Positions 60,040 to 64,000 of a stretch of DNA of 64,000 nucleotides are shown here, piece by piece (within the stretch, counting starts at the first letter, position 1; every line of letters begins with the position of its first letter). The stretch lies in the NCBI GenBank assembly GCA_032718475.1, contig JAUCBJ010008996.1, positions 1 to 64,000 on the forward strand, in the 5' to 3' direction. The notes below the pieces were generated by a model. The model ran no database searches, had not been told where the DNA came from, and saw only the letters and a list, made by a program, of their open reading frames with translations. The stretch is from Nemertoderma westbladi (Eukaryota > Animalia > Xenacoelomorpha). The translations under genes were made by a program, and so were the position numbers.

Positions 60040-60990
60040 AATAATACTACGGTATTTTGATTAGAGAGATTAATACTAGGGTATTTTGATACGGTATTTT
60101 GATTAGAGGTGAACACTAGACAATACTACGGTATTTTGATTTTGATTAGAGAGATTAATACTAGGCTATTTTGATACGGTATTTTGATTAGATGTGAACA
60201 CTAGACAATACCACGGTATTTTGATTAGTGGTGAATATAATTAATGCTACAGTATTTTGAATAGAGGTGAACACTAGACAATACTACGGTATTTTGATTA
60301 GTGGTGAATATAATTAATGCTACAGTATTTTGAATAGAGGTGAACACTAGACAATACTACGGTATTTTGATTAGTGGTGAATATAATTAATGCTACAGTA
60401 TTTTGAATAGAGGTGAACACTAGACAATACTACGGTATTTTGATTAGTGGTGAATATAATTAATGCTACAGTATTTTGAATAGAGGTGAACACTAGACAA
60501 TACTACGGTATTTTGATTAGTGGTGAATATAATTAATGCTACAGTATTTTGAATAGAGGTGAACACTAAACAATACTACGGTATTTTGATTAGTGGTGAA
60601 TATAATTAATGCTACAGTATTTTGAATAGAGGTGAACACTAGACAATACTACGGTATTTTGATTAGTGGTGAATATAATTAATGCTACAGTATTCTGAAT
60701 AGAGGTGAACACTAGACAATACTACGGTATTTTGATTAGTGGTGAATATAATTAATGCTACAGTATTTTGAATAGAGGTGAACATTAAATAATACTACGT
60801 ACCGTATGGGTATATATATGTAATACTACGTGTTTATATCGTGGTTGTCTAACATCATATAATTATGTATTTTGATTAGACAGAGGTGAATATGATTACC
60901 ACAGTATTTTGCTTAGAGATGAATATAAGTAATACTACAGTATTTTGCTTAGAGGTGAACATGATTAATACTGTACTACAGTATATTGAA
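60040..60990. repeat. 73-bp minisatellite (dimer of ~36-37-bp subunits), about 8 regular copies with degenerate flanks
   Basis: Unit CAATACTACGGTATTTTGATTAGTGGTGAATATAATTAATGCTACAGTATTTTGAATAGAGGTGAACACTAGA at 60279, 60352 and onward. Confidence 0.93.
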
Positions 60991-60999
60991 TAGATATTT

Positions 61000-61305
61000 C
61001 AACCGTATGTTATTATTTCGTCCAATTAATTTGCATATTACTGTATTATGACACTGTATATATTTTCATGTTTTATTTTATCCATATGTAATTTTAAACG
61101 ATTTTAAATTTAAGCTGCATAAATCATTTTAAGAGGGGACCTGCATGGAAACGAGTTCTATGAACTCATGCAGTTATCCCCGTCAGAACATTTTATTAGA
61201 TAATCTTTAACATATAAATGTATATTATGTATATGTTCTTATGTATATGTATTTCTGTGTATTTCATGCGTTTCTGACAATAAACAACTTCAACTTCAAC
61301 TTCAG
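61000..61305 (+). mobile_element. 3' UTR remnant of a non-LTR retrotransposon
   Basis: Stem-loop GGGGAC-CTGCATG-GAAAC-GAGTTC-TAT-GAACTC-ATGCAG-TTATCCCC, followed by AATAAA and a (CAACTT)3 tail. Confidence 0.55.
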
Positions 61306-62631
61306 TACAGCTTATAGCAATACTGCAGTATGAAATGAATGGACTTCGCTAGCGAAGTCGGATCAGGCAGTACAGTATGCCAGACCTGCAGTCTGGTAGT
61401 ATAGTAGTCCTTGCTGCCTTGCCCTGCACTAAAGAAAGGGATGTACCGGTACTGACTGATACAATGATGGCTACGGTACTCTGGTACTACTGCAGTTTGT
61501 TTTTGTTAAGTGTTCAGGTTGTCAGGCAGTCAGGTGTTATATTTCAGTATTTGATGTCAGGGTTTAACGTTTACCATTCAGCCATTAGCTGATTAGGCTA
61601 GGCATACTGGCCTACTCCTACTGTGTAGTGCAGTAGTGTACTGCATTCAGTTCAGATTCAGGCATTACCGGTCTGCCGGGGGTACGGCTGTACGGTACCC
61701 TGGCACCTGGCTGCCTGGTACCTGGTACCCTGATAAATGTGATTGCAGGATTGTGATCGTGATCTGATTTGGTTTAGGCCTATCAGCCTATAATAATAAC
61801 ATCAGACTGTCAGACAGTCAGAACCACTGAGCCCAGTTAGGTAGCACTACCCAGAATGGGGGTGGACGGACACCCCGAAAGGGGGTGGATGTTTCTGTAA
61901 AAATTTGCAATTTAGGCGTATTATCCACCCCGATTTTTATATATCGGGCTGGACTTACTTCCTACAAAATATCAAAGAGCGCCGACTTTGGGTTTGTCCA
62001 CCCCGATTTCTAACTAGGCTGGCCTTGGCCTACCATAGCAGGAGCAGCATGACATCAGCCACATAGGTAGTGATTGACAGCAAAGTTATTCAGGGCAGGG
62101 GAATGAGTTGCAGTGTAGCTTGGGCTTACAGTACCCAAAGGTATGCAAATCAAGGTCTGCTCTGAATGTGTAGATGTGGTTGGGTAGCACTGCATTGGAG
62201 CATTGCCCCAGGCCCAGGCCAATATAGACTAGAGTAATACACCATATGCCATAGGGCAGTAGGGCAGGTTATTAACCTCCAGGCTCCAGCCCAGTAGTCC
62301 ACAGTCTTAATCAGTTACTATAGTTATTGTGTGGCATGGTCAAATCTGTGCTGCTGCGTGTTTGTGTATTGTGTGGTGTGGAGGGAATGAATGGAGTTGA
62401 GTCAGAGTCAGGATAAAGTGAGAGTTTAACATTTAATGTGGGATATGGCTATTGATATTAACTTTATCTGGCCCACCCTATAAAACAATTTGACATCATG
62501 AATAAATATCAACATTTTTTATTTACATTCATTTGATATCATATAACAATAAATTATTTGACTTTTGAAATCATTATATAAAAAATGCAATGCGAATGAC
62601 ACATAATTGTCAAATTTAAATGTTATCAATT

Positions 62632-63098
62632 TGCCATTGCATTGATGGTATAAATCTTAAAATCAAATTGATGTACTGTAATTTTGGTGAACTAAATTTA
62701 CTTCAATGTTTGAGATCAACACGGCAAAAGGCGAATGACATGCAAAGGACAAATTTATGCCATTGCATTGATGGTATAAATCTTAAAATCAAATTGATGT
62801 ACTGTAATTTTGGTGAACTAAATTTACTTCAATGTTTGAGATCAACACGGCAAAAGGCGAATGACATGCAAAGGACAAATTTATGCCATTGCATTGATGG
62901 TATAAATCTTAAAATCAAATTGATGTACTGTAATTTTGGTTAACTAAATTTACTTCAATGTTTGAGATCAACACGGCAAAAGGCGAATGACATGCAAAGG
63001 ACAAATTTATGCCATTGCATTGATGGTATAAATCTTAAAATCAAATTGATGTACTGTAATTTTGGTGAACTAAATTTACTTCAATGTGAGAGATCAAC
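62632..63098. repeat. 126-bp tandem repeat, about 3.7 copies
   Basis: TGCCATTGCATTGATGG... recurs at 62632, 62758, 62884 and 63010; it explains ORF 62620-62943. Confidence 0.95.
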
Positions 63099-63794
63099 AA
63101 CTGAACAAGATAGCGGTGAATGAAAAAGATTACAAAAAACAAAGTTTTGTTTTCCTTTGTTTTATAAAATCGTTCGAACAGGTTTGCAAAAGTCGGGGAA
63201 ACAAACTTGATTGGGAGTTTTTCTCTGAGTTTTATCGTTTATTGTTTTGGTTCTCTTAACACGCCTCTGTAACCTGCTCATTTACTAACCTGGGACCTAA
63301 CGCTCTTTGGGACCTGTACAAAACAAAGAGATAAAGTCGCGTTAAAGTCGCGTTAGGTCGCAAAGAGCAAGGACGGATCCAGGGGGTGGGCCAAGGGGGG
63401 CCAGGCCATGCCCCCCCCCCCCCCCCCCCCGAAACCGAAAAACTGAAACAAACAGACAAAAGCGCACATCAAATGTGGGTTCCACAAATTCAAGACCTGT
63501 ATTAATGTATAATAATGACATTCTAACCACATTTAGTTACCTAAACAATACAATAAACGAGATTTAACACATGTTAACATGGCTACTGTCGCCTTACGGC
63601 TAATTTTTTGGGAGATTAGCCGTAACACGACATTAGCCGTACCGGAACTGCGCCGGTACCTTCAACCTGAATAAAGAAACTATATTCCAGGGCATGGTGT
63701 ATAGGAGAGGGGGGTAGGACTCTCGATACACTAAAATACAACAATGACGCAAAACTGCAAAATAACAGCTGATACTAAAATTGCAGCAGCAGCA

Positions 63795-64000
63795 GACAAT
63801 TGCCCCCTGAGGAAAATTGCTCCCCGGGGATATTTGCCCTGAGAACAATTGCCCCCTGGGCAATTTCCCTTAAGGACGATTGCCCCCTGCCGCTCTGAGG
63901 ACAATTGCCCCCTACAATTGCCCCCCACTGCCCCAGACAATTGCACCCTGAGGGAGGACAATTGTTCCACAAGGATAATTGCTCTGAGGACAATTGCCTC
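63795..64000. mobile_element. Subterminal repeat array of a probable DNA transposon end, cut by the window edge
   Basis: GACAATTGCCCC-type ~20-bp motifs repeat to the end of the window. Confidence 0.5.

Noticed and set aside
62620-62943. 107-aa Cys-containing repeat protein
   Set aside because: It is the translation of the 126-bp tandem repeat; the third unit has an in-frame stop and no domain is recognisable.

Overview
This is AT-rich, repeat-dense genomic DNA from a metazoan, most likely an invertebrate; the species cannot be determined from the sequence. It holds three intact single-exon genes: two convergent, inverted xanthine dehydrogenase-family paralogs (10408-14463 +, 27105-31160 -) with a dynactin p62/DCTN4 gene (21520-22863 +) between them. 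The XDH paralogs are near-identical in the Fe-S/FAD part and the C-terminus but diverged in the molybdopterin substrate pocket. Both have lost the xanthine-binding Arg880 equivalent (Phe or Met, as in aldehyde oxidases) while keeping the NAD+-site motifs. A spliced, doubly frameshifted ShK-domain plus CNTNAP-like gene that the ORF track misses lies at 34617-35324 (-). A full-ORF BEL/Pao LTR retrotransposon with a 5-bp TSD and an aberrant 3' LTR is inserted in a ~40-bp satellite. The rest is tandem arrays (13, 34, 36, ~40, 42, 50, 73 and 126 bp units), Helentron-associated (HINE-like) elements, MITEs, decayed Gypsy/LINE/SINE/MULE/THAP relics and a degenerate type I hammerhead ribozyme. Most long ORFs in the ORF track at 5.7-9 kb, 37.6-48.6 kb and 54.5-55 kb are satellite artefacts. 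All family assignments are by motif recognition; no searches were run.
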